Notes: a model not told the origin generated them from the sequence alone. A DNA stretch of 64,000 nt from Candidatus Heimdallarchaeota archaeon (GCA_019057375.1 DXJF01000050.1:32001-96000); one strand, 5' to 3'; counted from the stretch's first letter, positions 36,618-47,664 are shown. Translations and numbers: made by a program.

Positions 36618-38114
36618 CTATTTCTTCTTTTTTAAGTAGATTGCAGCTAATGCGATTAAACCAGCTATAGTAGTTAGACCAAATGGGAATGGTACAGGGA
36701 AATCGCTACGTGTTTCGACAGGAATTAAGTCTATAGAGAAAGTAAATAAGTATTGGTTACCAGATCTATCATAAACTGTCATTAAGATGTCGTGTTCTCC
36801 ATATTCTAAGAATAGTAAAGTAACTTCACCTGAATCTCCTTCAGCAGTTACTAGATTACCTTCATCTGTTTCTAATGAGATTTTCAAGACGCCGCTACCT
36901 CCAGTGTCATTAGCTGAGACTTGAAATGTTGCACTTTTGATTTCCACTTTAATAGGGATATTTTCACCGGCTAAAGGTTCAATTAACTCACCATCAACTA
37001 GTACTTTTACTATTCCTATTGGATTTATTTGTTCTATTAAAGTTATCACATATTCTGTGACTGAAAGAGTTTCGGAATACGCTGTAACTGAGATGTTATA
37101 TTCACCTACACTTGAATAAAGATGATATATGGTATCATATGATATATTTACAATCGATTGTATTCCTGATAAATCATCCCAATCAATTTCTACGAGTGTA
37201 ATATTTGAATGAGGTGCCAAAGCTACATACATTAGGCTATAATTTAGAGAATTAGTATATCTTTCTCCTGTTAATTCTACTTCAGGAGTAGTGTCTACTA
37301 TTGTTACAACATGAGCCCAGTTCTCATGTAGAATTCTACTTTGAAGAGTCATATTATCATTTTGTATTATGAAACCTCTTACTTCTACTTCTGTCCCTAC
37401 TTCAAATGAGTGATTAAAGGATATACTAACATTTCTTTCGGTTACACTCGATTCAACTAGAGAAACTGTAACATTTTGGAAATCAGTATCATGTTCCGGA
37501 GTTACTTCACGGTAACTCAACCCATATCCTGTAATATTATACTCATACATTGTCAAATTGTACTTAATTTCATTGAGTTGTGTGTAAACATCTGGGATTA
37601 GAGCAGATATAACCCTTGGTGAAATTGTGATTAAATGTGGAACGCGAAAATCATTCTCATATACTCCATATCTGACAATAAATGATATGAAATTAGAAAT
37701 TATGAAAAATGTATGATTATAATATGCAGAACCATCTGATTCTAATTCAGTTTTTTCATAATCATAGGTCATCAAGATTCCAATATTCCAAGAAAGATTC
37801 CCTACACCATCGTCACCAAATAAAATTGGAGCTGATAAATTATCTCCACCTGCAAAAGAATACCAAATTGTTACATTCTTATAGAGATCTGCTGTGTATA
37901 TTGCTCCACGACGCAATGTGATGCTTTGCGATGCTAATAAAGTGGCATTGCCATCTGTTCCTCTAAAAATGGGTTTAATATCGGCATCTAATGTGGGGAG
38001 AGAGTTTTGAGGATCATTCTGTTCACTTTTAGTAATAGTGGTTAGACTCATACTAAATACAAGAGCTAGTAGTACCAAAGGTATGACAGTACGTTTTTTC
38101 ATCAATGAATTCAC
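36618..38114 (-). CDS. Exported surface protein with PKD/Ig-like domains and a C-terminal membrane anchor
   Basis: N-terminal signal peptide, IDWDD...HLYSSVGEYNISVTAY PKD-like segment, and a PFPF + TM + KKKK tail. Confidence 0.75.
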   Translation of the reverse strand: MNSLMKKRTVIPLVLLALVFSMSLTTITKSEQNDPQNSLPTLDADIKPIFRGTDGNATLLASQSITLRRGAIYTADLYKNVTIWYSFAGGDNLSAPILFGDDGVGNLSWNIGILMTYDYEKTELESDGSAYYNHTFFIISNFISFIVRYGVYENDFRVPHLITISPRVISALIPDVYTQLNEIKYNLTMYEYNITGYGLSYREVTPEHDTDFQNVTVSLVESSVTERNVSISFNHSFEVGTEVEVRGFIIQNDNMTLQSRILHENWAHVVTIVDTTPEVELTGERYTNSLNYSLMYVALAPHSNITLVEIDWDDLSGIQSIVNISYDTIYHLYSSVGEYNISVTAYSETLSVTEYVITLIEQINPIGIVKVLVDGELIEPLAGENIPIKVEIKSATFQVSANDTGGSGVLKISLETDEGNLVTAEGDSGEVTLLFLEYGEHDILMTVYDRSGNQYLFTFSIDLIPVETRSDFPVPFPFGLTTIAGLIALAAIYLKKKK

Positions 38115-38208
38115 CGAATAGCTAGGCTGTTCTTATTAGGTTTCGGAAATCATCCGCATTTTTAAACTTTTTCGAACTTGATTTTATTAAAATATTTAGA
38201 AACGCTAT

Positions 38209-39564
38209 TCAAGGAAATAGTTCAATCTTTGTTGTAAAAAGATAAGGTGCTAGAACACTATAGGGAGTATTAATCGGCCTAACAACTTTTCGTTCTTTTA
38301 GAAAAAGTGGATCTTCAGATAAAACTTCAAACATATTTCCAATTACATCAAAAGTAGGCAAAGCTCCACTAATTGAACCATTTTCAATTCTATATGCATC
38401 ATTTGCGGATATTTTAAATGTACCAGAATGGTGATCTGCGGTCATGTATCCTTGTGTGGAATTAATTAAGATGCACTCTTTAGTATCATCGTACATTTCT
38501 TCTAAAGATGTTTTTCCTTCACCAATTATTAAATTAGATGGATAGATTTCAGGATAAGCTTGAAAGTTTCTTGGGAAAGCTTCAAACATTTTTACTCTGA
38601 AGGAATTTCCAGTTCTTTCAACTGGCTCAACCTCATATTGACAGTTATTTAATGCTGTTTGGAAAGAACCGTTTCTGATGATTATAGTTCTTGATTGACT
38701 TATTCCTTCATCATCAAATGCTGTGGAGTTCGGAAGCCCTGGAACAGTTCCGTCATCAATTAAATTAAAATCTGCTGAAAAATCTTGCTCAGCCAATTTT
38801 CCTGCATGACCCAATTTCAGATGAGGTATAACTGTAAATGAAAAAATCTGCGATAGAGCCATTGGTGAGAAAATCACTGGAACCTCAGTGTTTATTGTGT
38901 TTTCATCCATGGTAGACCTTTGGATAGCCTCCCGTACTAAATCTTCAACAATGCTAGATACTGAACTTGGTATTTGACGACTAGTTAGATGTTTTTCTGA
39001 ACTTGAAATCAGGTTAAATCCCTTATAGAGAGCTCGAAGATTGATATCACTCCAAGTACTTTTTTCAAAAGCTATTGATTGTGTAGAATTAGCAATTATC
39101 TTTCTTTCTAAGGAGAATCGAATTGAACCATCTAGAATAATATCTTTCATTTTGTCTTCTAAATCATTTAAGGAATATGACAGTGAATAAATTTCTTCTT
39201 CATTCATAGCCGCTATTCTTTTGTCATAAATCTTGTCAATCTCATCTTGAGATATCTTAATTTCAGGAAACTCAAATTTTGGAGAATCAATTGGAAAAGA
39301 TACAATTGTATTTATTTTATCTATATCAGATAAAACAGATTTGAGAGGAAAACATGCAAAATAGAGCCTATCATCTTTAAAGAATCTAATAGCACAACCT
39401 TCTCTATTGATGGATTGAAAAACTTTTGGAGTTCTATATTCAGTTCCACCCATCATATGTGAAAGTGATTGTATATATACTTCTGCTTCCTTAAAACTGA
39501 ACTTTTGATCAAGTTTATGCAGCACTCTGATGCTTAAATCTTTTAATTCTTCATCAGTATACAT
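38209..39564 (-). CDS. pmbA: PmbA/TldE-family protein
   Basis: PVIFSPMA, DDGTVPG...STAFDDEG and GNSFR...PSNLII. Lacks HExxH and is paired with tldD. Confidence 0.85.
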   Translation of the reverse strand: MYTDEELKDLSIRVLHKLDQKFSFKEAEVYIQSLSHMMGGTEYRTPKVFQSINREGCAIRFFKDDRLYFACFPLKSVLSDIDKINTIVSFPIDSPKFEFPEIKISQDEIDKIYDKRIAAMNEEEIYSLSYSLNDLEDKMKDIILDGSIRFSLERKIIANSTQSIAFEKSTWSDINLRALYKGFNLISSSEKHLTSRQIPSSVSSIVEDLVREAIQRSTMDENTINTEVPVIFSPMALSQIFSFTVIPHLKLGHAGKLAEQDFSADFNLIDDGTVPGLPNSTAFDDEGISQSRTIIIRNGSFQTALNNCQYEVEPVERTGNSFRVKMFEAFPRNFQAYPEIYPSNLIIGEGKTSLEEMYDDTKECILINSTQGYMTADHHSGTFKISANDAYRIENGSISGALPTFDVIGNMFEVLSEDPLFLKERKVVRPINTPYSVLAPYLFTTKIELFP

Positions 39565-40967
39565 TAGCTTACCCTCAACTCAGATATAGTTATTTTTGGT
39601 CCAATAGAACCAACAAACACACGTTGATTATTCTTAATACAACTGCTTGGTTGAGCAATAATCTTGTCACTTATTAATTCAATCTTGGAAAGAGTATCCA
39701 TCATAGTGCCACTGATTTGGAATTGAAGTATATAATCACCTAATTCCCCATCTTTTATTTCTCTACCAAATTGAGCATCAAGGTTATATTCACCTGTTTG
39801 AGGTTCTGAAGAGCCTCCAAGTCCATCGCCGATATACAAACCATTTTTCACGTGCTCAAAGAGCTCTTCTTCAGAATAATCTTTTGGCTCAAAGAAGAAA
39901 TTACTCATTCTTACTTGTGGTAAAAATTCGAAATTACTAGCTCTGTAATTAGAAGAAGATTCAGTCCCCATAGCTGCTGCTGATAATCTGCTATGTAAGA
40001 AATCAGTTAAAATTCCTTCATCAACCAACAAATTTCCTCTTCCTTTAACACCTTCAGAATCAAATTCGTAATAACCTAAAGATTCTATATAAGGGTCATC
40101 TATAACACTTACAACAGTTGGAGCTATTTTCATTCCTAGAAGACCACTACTAAAAGAACGACCTGAAAGAACGTTATCAGCTTCTAATGAGTGTCCAAAA
40201 ACTTCGTGGTTCAATGTCCATGCCATATCCTCACTTAGAACGGAGTTGTACAATCCTTGTTCAACGTTTTTAGCCTGTTGTATATTATTAATAGTTTCAA
40301 TAAAACCTAGTGTTTCTTCCATTCTATCAAAAGGAAGAATTTCTAATCCCCCCATTCCACCATAGGATTTGTAATATTTTAGTTGGTTCCCATTTTTAGA
40401 TAATCTACCTGTTAAAGTGAGGATCACATAAGGATATTCTTGATAAACTCGTGTACCCTCAGAATTTCCAAACTTTTCTGACCAATTAATCAACTGAATA
40501 TCAGTCTCTATACTGCAATCCACCCTCAAAAACTCATTGATAAAAGAATCTAAATCTTTAATTTTCTCCTCAAATTCCTCATTTCCTAAATCTACCCAAT
40601 TAATTTTAGGTTTCTTAACAATGGATGAATCAGCTACTGGGGCATCTGCTAGTTCTGATATTCCTTTTTTCCAATTTGTTAGTAACTTAGAAACACTAAT
40701 TGCTTTCTTTATCTCTTTCTCAGCTAATCTAATTCTCGGAGTTGAAGTAAAGGTCACAATACCTTCTGAGAGCATCCGAATCCCATACCCAGAATTAATG
40801 CAATTTCTTTCATCTACAATTTTACCATTTTGAGCAATAATATTCTTTGTAACAACTCTACCATGACGTACATCTGTATAGGATGTTCCTTGTTTTATAG
40901 AAGTTTCAATCAATGAATCTAAGGTTTCGATAAATTGCACCCTAATGGCATTACATAACTTTAACAT
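39564..40967 (-). CDS. tldD: TldD-family metalloprotease
   Basis: HEVFGHSLEAD zinc motif, FDSEG, QVRMSN and a terminal Cys...Q...GP. Confidence 0.9.
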   Translation of the reverse strand: MLKLCNAIRVQFIETLDSLIETSIKQGTSYTDVRHGRVVTKNIIAQNGKIVDERNCINSGYGIRMLSEGIVTFTSTPRIRLAEKEIKKAISVSKLLTNWKKGISELADAPVADSSIVKKPKINWVDLGNEEFEEKIKDLDSFINEFLRVDCSIETDIQLINWSEKFGNSEGTRVYQEYPYVILTLTGRLSKNGNQLKYYKSYGGMGGLEILPFDRMEETLGFIETINNIQQAKNVEQGLYNSVLSEDMAWTLNHEVFGHSLEADNVLSGRSFSSGLLGMKIAPTVVSVIDDPYIESLGYYEFDSEGVKGRGNLLVDEGILTDFLHSRLSAAAMGTESSSNYRASNFEFLPQVRMSNFFFEPKDYSEEELFEHVKNGLYIGDGLGGSSEPQTGEYNLDAQFGREIKDGELGDYILQFQISGTMMDTLSKIELISDKIIAQPSSCIKNNQRVFVGSIGPKITISELRVS

Positions 40968-41027
40968 ATAAATAAGTAACCAAATGGTATATTTTGAAGG
41001 TATATAGGAAAGCTTTTCTTATCCTAA

Positions 41028-41699
41028 TTGAAGACTAGTGTAATGAACATTGCTATTTGCTGTGATTTTGATGGAACTATAACTTTGACAGATACAGGAA
41101 AAGAAATGTTAACTTCTTTAACAACTAAAGACTGGCAATATTATGACAAATTAGTAATAAATGGTGAAATTGGTACCAGAGCAGCCTTAATCAAGCAATG
41201 GGGTATGATTGAGCATACAACGATGGATGAAATATACGAAATCGTTGATAGAATAAAGATAGATCCCACATTTTTAGATTTTTACAACTGGGTTAAAGAA
41301 AATGGAATCTTTTTTATCATTCTCTCAGATGGTTTTCATACCTATATTACCAGAATTCTTGAGAATCATGGAATTGATAGTAAGAAGCAGGAAATAAAAG
41401 CTAATGACATGGAATTAATTGATAATAAAATTCATCTAAAATTTCTAACTGATAATTGTGAACATGATTGTGCAAACTGTAAATATTCGCAAGTATTGAG
41501 AATCAAAGAAGAACATGATAAAGTGGTTTACATTGGTGATGGACTTTCTGACATCCTTCCATCTGAGAAGTTGGCTAATCATATTATTGCTAAAAGAAAT
41601 GAAGACTTAGCCAAAAAACTCCATAAAGATCCAAGATTAGTAGAATTTTCTAATTTTAAGGATATTCAGAACTTTCTAGAAAAAATACTGGATGGTTAA
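41028..41699 (+). CDS. HAD-IB phosphatase, MtnX-like
   Basis: CDFDGTIT, ILSDG, CEHDCANCK and YIGDGLSD. The real start may be ATG 41043. Confidence 0.8.
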   Translation: MKTSVMNIAICCDFDGTITLTDTGKEMLTSLTTKDWQYYDKLVINGEIGTRAALIKQWGMIEHTTMDEIYEIVDRIKIDPTFLDFYNWVKENGIFFIILSDGFHTYITRILENHGIDSKKQEIKANDMELIDNKIHLKFLTDNCEHDCANCKYSQVLRIKEEHDKVVYIGDGLSDILPSEKLANHIIAKRNEDLAKKLHKDPRLVEFSNFKDIQNFLEKILDG

Positions 41700-41705
41700 T
41701 TTATA

Positions 41706-42347
41706 TCACATATCATCTATCGAAATGAAAGGATTTTCTAGTTTTTCATTGCCAATATAAGTGGTTGGTCCATGACCTGGATAAACTTTCGTTTCATCAG
41801 GGAGATCATATAAACCCATAACTGATCTAAACAAAGTATCATAATCTCCACCATGCAAATCAGCTCTTCCAATACCCTTGTTAAATAGCACATCACCTGA
41901 AATCAAGTACTTATCGAAATAGTAACAGATACTTCCTGGAGTATGCCCAGGAGATAAAATCGCTTTAATTTCTATATCTCCCACATTGAATGTGTCTCCA
42001 TCTTTAACAAAAATATCACATTTTCCTATTGATTTTGATTTGAAACCAAACATTCTAGCAAAGGGACCTAAACTTTTGAGAACTTCTTCTTCTTTTTCAT
42101 TATACACTAATTTAGCTTCAGGAAATAACTCTCTTAAGTCCTCCAAACCTAGCACATGATCAAAATGTAGATGAGTACAGAATAAATACTTAACAACCAA
42201 TTGTTCTCTTTCAATAATTGATAGAATTTGGTTTATCTCCCCACCTACATCAAATAGAGCTGCTTCTTTCTTAACTTCATCATAGAGAAGGTAACAATTA
42301 GTCTTTAAGGGGCCTGTTTCTTCTGTAACAATATTAATTTTGCTCAT
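41706..42347 (-). CDS. MBL-fold metallo-hydrolase (glyoxalase II/YcbL-like)
   Basis: THLHFDH, PGHTPGS, SGDVLF...GRADL and PGHG. Confidence 0.92.
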   Translation of the reverse strand: MSKINIVTEETGPLKTNCYLLYDEVKKEAALFDVGGEINQILSIIEREQLVVKYLFCTHLHFDHVLGLEDLRELFPEAKLVYNEKEEEVLKSLGPFARMFGFKSKSIGKCDIFVKDGDTFNVGDIEIKAILSPGHTPGSICYYFDKYLISGDVLFNKGIGRADLHGGDYDTLFRSVMGLYDLPDETKVYPGHGPTTYIGNEKLENPFISIDDM

Positions 42348-42435
42348 GAACAGCTATTTTATCTCTCTTTTTTAAGCTCTTCGTAATGAAATGATAGCTT
42401 TTTTAATCACCAAGTTATAAAGAACGTGAGAGAAA

Positions 42436-43323
42436 TTGACTTACTATACTCTAAATTCAGAGGAAGATGAAGTGGAGATTTTTTTAGAAGAATTAGAAGA
42501 AGATTCTGAAGAGTTTGTCAAATCAAGTGAGTATAAGAAAAAAAACCTAGAAATCAAGGATACAAATATTATCGATACTTATGAATCAGAAGAAGTTCTA
42601 GATTCCCATATTGAAGAAATTCAAGCTGAAAAAAGAATAATAACATCATCAGAGGAAATTCAAGAGATTCTTAATGAGTATGAAAAAACGCGAAAGAACA
42701 AAGATAGAGTCCTGATAATTGATAAGATAGCTGAACTCCTCCCAAACAGTGATTTAGAGGAACTTCTCAAAGAGATTGCCTTCAAAGATTCTTATTCTCT
42801 CTGTAGAGTAAAAGCTGTTTCCCTGCTAGCCGATCTTAATGATAAATCTGAAGTTAAGAGATTATTAATTAGGAAATTAGACGATAGTTCTCCAAAAGTA
42901 AGATTGTGGTCTGTATGGGGATTAAGACCCATTATCTATGACACTGAAATTCAAGAAGTTTTTATTAATAAAGCTAAATATTTTGAGAAATCAAAACGAG
43001 TTAAACTTTGGTTGATTCGGGCTTTAAGTGATCGAATTAATGATAATAAAATACAAGATACTTTTCTGCTTTTGCTTAAATCGAAACCAGATAATGAGAC
43101 TAGAAAACTTCTACTTTTCTATCTTCTTCAAAAAGCAAACGAAGAGAATATAGCTTATGAATTGTCTCGTTATGTGTTGAAAGAAGCTAATCGAGATATT
43201 CGCAAGGAAATTGTAAAAAAACTTGTAATGCTTGATAATGAGGATGTCAAATATTCTCTTGAAAAATTGTTCAAAACTGAGAGAGATGAAGAAATTAGGG
43301 AGATTTTACAGACCACCCTTTAA
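42436..43323 (+). CDS. HEAT-repeat protein with an acidic N-terminus
   Basis: Repeats such as CRVKAVSLL, SPKVRLWSVWGL, KRVKLWLIRAL and DIRKEIV. Confidence 0.7.
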   Translation: MTYYTLNSEEDEVEIFLEELEEDSEEFVKSSEYKKKNLEIKDTNIIDTYESEEVLDSHIEEIQAEKRIITSSEEIQEILNEYEKTRKNKDRVLIIDKIAELLPNSDLEELLKEIAFKDSYSLCRVKAVSLLADLNDKSEVKRLLIRKLDDSSPKVRLWSVWGLRPIIYDTEIQEVFINKAKYFEKSKRVKLWLIRALSDRINDNKIQDTFLLLLKSKPDNETRKLLLFYLLQKANEENIAYELSRYVLKEANRDIRKEIVKKLVMLDNEDVKYSLEKLFKTERDEEIREILQTTL

Positions 43324-43445
43324 TAAAAAGTTTATCAATTTAATTTCATCTTGAGCCTTAGATATATCTGAGAAGGTTATTCTAGCTAAAATGAAAATCG
43401 AGATATCAAGCAAAGTTAACTGAATATTATAATAGAATCACCAAT

Positions 43446-44978
43446 TTAGTTATTGGTAATTTCATTTTTTTGATTTAATGAATTATTGTTTCTAAAGTTA
43501 ATTTTTCCTCTTAAGTAAGAAGAAATGACAGCTAAAATACCTAACCCAACAGCTACGAAGAACGCTATTTTGATGCTCATCAATAGAAGAGGACTATGTT
43601 GTGAGATTGATAAGTTCGATGGAATTACAGGTAGTAGAAATTCTGTTTTAAATTGAAAAGCAGAGGATGAAATATTAGGACCAAGAAATATTGAAAACAG
43701 TAAAGTTGCAAAACCTAAACTAATAGATTGTCCAATTGTTCGCATTGTCCCTATTAAAGCTGAAGTAACACCATACATTTTCTTTGGAACAGAACTCATA
43801 ATAGAATTCGCATTAGGGGAAGAGAATAAGCCAAACCCTATTCCACCAAGAAGTAAACCAAAAATCACTAATAATATGTGTGTTTTCTGATTAACAAAAG
43901 CAAGCATAACTAGTCCGACTAATCCTGTTGCTACACCTATTGTTGTTATAGTTCTATGTTCTATTTTGTCAGAAAGTCTTCCACCTATTGGAGATAAAAT
44001 AGCTTGTGCAATTGGTCTAGCTAAAAGTATCACACCTGCCAGGGATACTGAAAGATAAAGCACATCTTGTAGATAATAATTCAGTAAAAGTGATGTTGAG
44101 GATGTAGCCGTGTAAAAAAGAAAAGCTGTTAAATTAGCAAACGTGAAAAACCTGTTCTTCTTGAACAGTTTTAGCTCCAATATAGGTACTTCTACTTTTC
44201 TCTCCCAGAATATGAAAACAATCAGAGTTAAAACTGAAGCACCAACCAAATAATATCCATAACTTGTATTAATAGATCTGAAACCGTATAATAGTAGAAA
44301 CAATGTTATAATATAGATAACAGCTCCTACAAAATCTATCTTCTCCTTTTCTTCATTTTTCCATTCTCCTTTCAAAACAAATGTCATAAGGAAAGCAATG
44401 ATGATCCCAAATGGGACAACACTGAAGAAAACACTTCTCCACCCTAAATGTTCAACAATAACTCCTCCTAGTGAAGGACCGACAGTTAAACCTAGATAAA
44501 CTGAACCTATGCTAATTCCAAATGCTTTTCCTCTTTCTTCCTGTGGGTAAATAGATGTCAGTATGGCTGTTCCAGTAGCAAATATTAAAGCTGAACCTGC
44601 TCCTTGAATGAACCGAAAAATTACTAACGTTGTTTCACTGTTCATAAACCCTAAGACCAAAGCTGCTGAAGTAAAAATTATTGTTCCAATAATGTAGATT
44701 TTTTTCCTCCCATAATTATCGGAAATTTTACCAAAAGGAATCTGAAGCATGGCGGTAGCTAAAATGTATATGGTAATAATCCACCCCATTCCAGCTTCAT
44801 CAAGTCCTGGAACATGTTGAGGACTGAGAGGATTAGTCATTACAGGTGCCGCAACTGAAAATGCAGAGCCACTAAAAGCACTGACAAATGATGATAGAGA
44901 AATAATCGAAAGAGCGGTGATTCTTTGTTTTCTAGCATTAGGATTAGATAATTGATTTGTCATGGGAAGACCCAGCAT
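43446..44978 (-). CDS. MFS transporter (DHA2-like, 14 TM)
   Basis: GKISDNYGRKK motif A, FRFIQGAG, YPQEERGKAFG and GGRLSDK. Confidence 0.92.
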   Translation of the reverse strand: MLGLPMTNQLSNPNARKQRITALSIISLSSFVSAFSGSAFSVAAPVMTNPLSPQHVPGLDEAGMGWIITIYILATAMLQIPFGKISDNYGRKKIYIIGTIIFTSAALVLGFMNSETTLVIFRFIQGAGSALIFATGTAILTSIYPQEERGKAFGISIGSVYLGLTVGPSLGGVIVEHLGWRSVFFSVVPFGIIIAFLMTFVLKGEWKNEEKEKIDFVGAVIYIITLFLLLYGFRSINTSYGYYLVGASVLTLIVFIFWERKVEVPILELKLFKKNRFFTFANLTAFLFYTATSSTSLLLNYYLQDVLYLSVSLAGVILLARPIAQAILSPIGGRLSDKIEHRTITTIGVATGLVGLVMLAFVNQKTHILLVIFGLLLGGIGFGLFSSPNANSIMSSVPKKMYGVTSALIGTMRTIGQSISLGFATLLFSIFLGPNISSSAFQFKTEFLLPVIPSNLSISQHSPLLLMSIKIAFFVAVGLGILAVISSYLRGKINFRNNNSLNQKNEITNN

Positions 44979-45108
44979 GGTTTACAGTTTTTGAATTCTT
45001 AATTGACAGTTATAAATATTCTTCCTTGTTTCAAAGAATTTCTTAGAATGTCTAGTTGTAAAACAATCTCATTTTCTAACCTAATACAAAAAGAAAGAAA
45101 AAAAGAAA

Positions 45109-45774
45109 TTATCTCACTAAAGCTTTTTGTACCATTCTTGCATGGAAAATAGCTAACTTATTAGAGACTTGCAATACAACTGGAATTAGAACTATACCTA
45201 ATAAGCCTCCAACTATCATAATTGCAATAGTACCACCACTTGATATATTGGCTATTAGCCAATCTAAAGCTACATCAGATATACCTTGAGTCCAGTGTAC
45301 AAGAAATACTATAGGCATTGCTATTAAAGCTCCAGATAACGATAAGAGAAATGTCATTATTGAAAAAACAAATGTCCCATATGGTAAGGCCAAGAACATT
45401 GAATAAACTAATGACTTGCCAATTCTTTTATCTTTTAATGCGTTTAAAGCTTTTGTAAAGAAACTACCTACTATTTCTTTTGGTATATCATCCTTTATAG
45501 GTACAGGGAGTCCTACAAAGAATTCTGTTAAATATCCTATAACTAACACTAACCGAGGTAAAGACCAAAGGAAGAGATACAGAATAGGTAAGACAATTAC
45601 AAAAACAGACAACCCTACAAATAAAGGAAGGCATACCCATGCATAAATGAAGAATGTTAACCCAATTGGGAAAGTTAGAAATACATATAGTAGATTAGTA
45701 TAACTCCTTGGATACCTTAGAACACCAAAATATGAGGCAGTTTCTAATTCATGTAAAGAATCTTCGACTGTCAT
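45109..45774 (-). CDS. Stand-alone 'putative sensor' membrane protein
   Basis: YTNLLYVFLTFPIG...WKSLVY-like pattern with 4-5 TM helices and no kinase domain. Confidence 0.6.
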   Translation of the reverse strand: MTVEDSLHELETASYFGVLRYPRSYTNLLYVFLTFPIGLTFFIYAWVCLPLFVGLSVFVIVLPILYLFLWSLPRLVLVIGYLTEFFVGLPVPIKDDIPKEIVGSFFTKALNALKDKRIGKSLVYSMFLALPYGTFVFSIMTFLLSLSGALIAMPIVFLVHWTQGISDVALDWLIANISSGGTIAIMIVGGLLGIVLIPVVLQVSNKLAIFHARMVQKALVR

Positions 45775-45867
45775 AGTGTTTTTTTGAGAAGGTTCTATAT
45801 AAATGTATAATCTTCATTTAAATAGAATAAGCTAATCTTGAAAAAATGATTTTCAATAAAAAAAAGA

Positions 45868-47664
45868 TTATAATCCCGATTTTTCTAATTTTGCATCTGT
45901 AGGGATTCCTTCATCATTCCATTCTCTTAACTTATAATACTCAAGCTTAGCTTTCTCAAATTGATCTTTATCTACAACCAACCCTTTTGCGTCCCCTTCA
46001 GGCATCTTTTCACTGTAGAAACGTTTTGGAAGAACATCATCATCAGCTGTTATGCCCTCGCGTACATTAAACATCCTTGTCAGATTCCATATCCTTTCCC
46101 CTACCGCTAGATAACTTTCAGGTGTGTAAGAAAATCCTGTAGCAGAATTCAACATTTCAACCATTTCAGGGACATTAAAGGGTAAGAAATCGCAAACTAC
46201 TAGTGAAAAACAAGCAGCTCGTTCATCTTGAGATTCCTTTACGAATTTGGGAACACCTTCAAATGAGAATCTTGGTAAATCACCACGTAGTTCAGCACTT
46301 GGAGTCCATGTTCTTTGGTGACAAGCACCTCTATCTGATGTAGAATAGGCTAATGCCATCCCCCAAGACCCTCTTGGTTCAACTCCCGCTAATTCGTTTC
46401 CCTTTACTTGAATAGCAAAATCCATTGAATCATGACCAATTTTCAAGGCCGCGGATTTTGATCCTTGAGCAAACAGATCACCTATTTTCTCTCTATGTGA
46501 AATAAGTTTTATCATCTCAAGTACTGCATCATCATTTCCAAAAGCTAGATTATCAACATCTGATTGTTGTAGATATCCTTTTTCTATACATTCCATTGCA
46601 AAACTTATAGTCGCTCCTGCAGTGATTGTATCAATTCCTAGATCATCGCACATTTCACTTGCTTTTGCAACAGCTCCTAAATCTTTGATTCCGCAGTTAG
46701 AACCTAGCAAAGCTGTTGTCTCATACTCTGGACCATCTACATCTAATCCAGCAAATTTCCCAGTTGTGAATTTGTTAGCTTTTCCACAAGCAATTAAACA
46801 TCCATAACAAGCTCTGTTAGCATAGGTATAATTCTCTAACATAGTTTCTCCTGAGATAGAATCAGCTTCTTCAAAGACTCCACTTTGATAATTTTTTGTA
46901 GGTAAGAATCCCCCTTGGTTAGACATATTCACCCACATCATTGTTCCAATTCTATTCCTATTCTTTACTCCATCATCATTTTGTACCTTAGTTCGAAAAG
47001 TTCTAGTAAGTTCTTTGAAATTATCATGAACAGCATCTATTTTTTCATTACCACTCACTACGACAGCTTTCAGATTTTTTGAACCCATGACAGCTCCTGA
47101 TCCTCCTCTTCCTGCCATATGAGATCTGCCTGTCATTACATTTGCATAGGAAACTAGTTTTTCTCCAGCTATACCAATTGATGCCACTTCAGATTTTGGA
47201 TGTTTTCCTTGAAGTATTTCTTCTGTTGCAAAAGTTCCTCTTCCCCAAACTTCTTTTGCTGAAATGATTGTAGATCCCTCTGAAGTAACTAACAAATAGC
47301 ATAGATTTGCTGCTTTTCCTCTAACTAGGATGAAATCATAACCAGCTTTTTTCAAACGATGACCAAAGTTTCCACCGATTTGGCTATCAAGATAAATTCC
47401 AGTATGGGGAGATTTAGTGACTATACACCATCGACCAGAAGTTACAACAGAAGTACCTGTTAGTGGTCCAGTCATAAAAAGAATGATATTTTCTGGACTT
47501 AAAGGATCAACTCCAGCTTCTAATTCATCGTAGAGAATTTTAGCTCCTAATCCTTTACCTCCAATGAATTTTTCTGCTAATTCCTTATCTAATTTCTTCT
47601 CTTGAATTCTTTCAGATGTTAGATCGACATCTAGATACTTATGCATATAACCCATTAAAATCAA
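45868..47664 (-). CDS. aor: Tungsten-type aldehyde:ferredoxin oxidoreductase
   Basis: GGKGLGAK, KSPHTG, GRGGSGAVMGSKNLKA, CYGCLIAC, GPEYET, CDDLGID and RGACH. Confidence 0.93.
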   Translation of the reverse strand: MILMGYMHKYLDVDLTSERIQEKKLDKELAEKFIGGKGLGAKILYDELEAGVDPLSPENIILFMTGPLTGTSVVTSGRWCIVTKSPHTGIYLDSQIGGNFGHRLKKAGYDFILVRGKAANLCYLLVTSEGSTIISAKEVWGRGTFATEEILQGKHPKSEVASIGIAGEKLVSYANVMTGRSHMAGRGGSGAVMGSKNLKAVVVSGNEKIDAVHDNFKELTRTFRTKVQNDDGVKNRNRIGTMMWVNMSNQGGFLPTKNYQSGVFEEADSISGETMLENYTYANRACYGCLIACGKANKFTTGKFAGLDVDGPEYETTALLGSNCGIKDLGAVAKASEMCDDLGIDTITAGATISFAMECIEKGYLQQSDVDNLAFGNDDAVLEMIKLISHREKIGDLFAQGSKSAALKIGHDSMDFAIQVKGNELAGVEPRGSWGMALAYSTSDRGACHQRTWTPSAELRGDLPRFSFEGVPKFVKESQDERAACFSLVVCDFLPFNVPEMVEMLNSATGFSYTPESYLAVGERIWNLTRMFNVREGITADDDVLPKRFYSEKMPEGDAKGLVVDKDQFEKAKLEYYKLREWNDEGIPTDAKLEKSGL

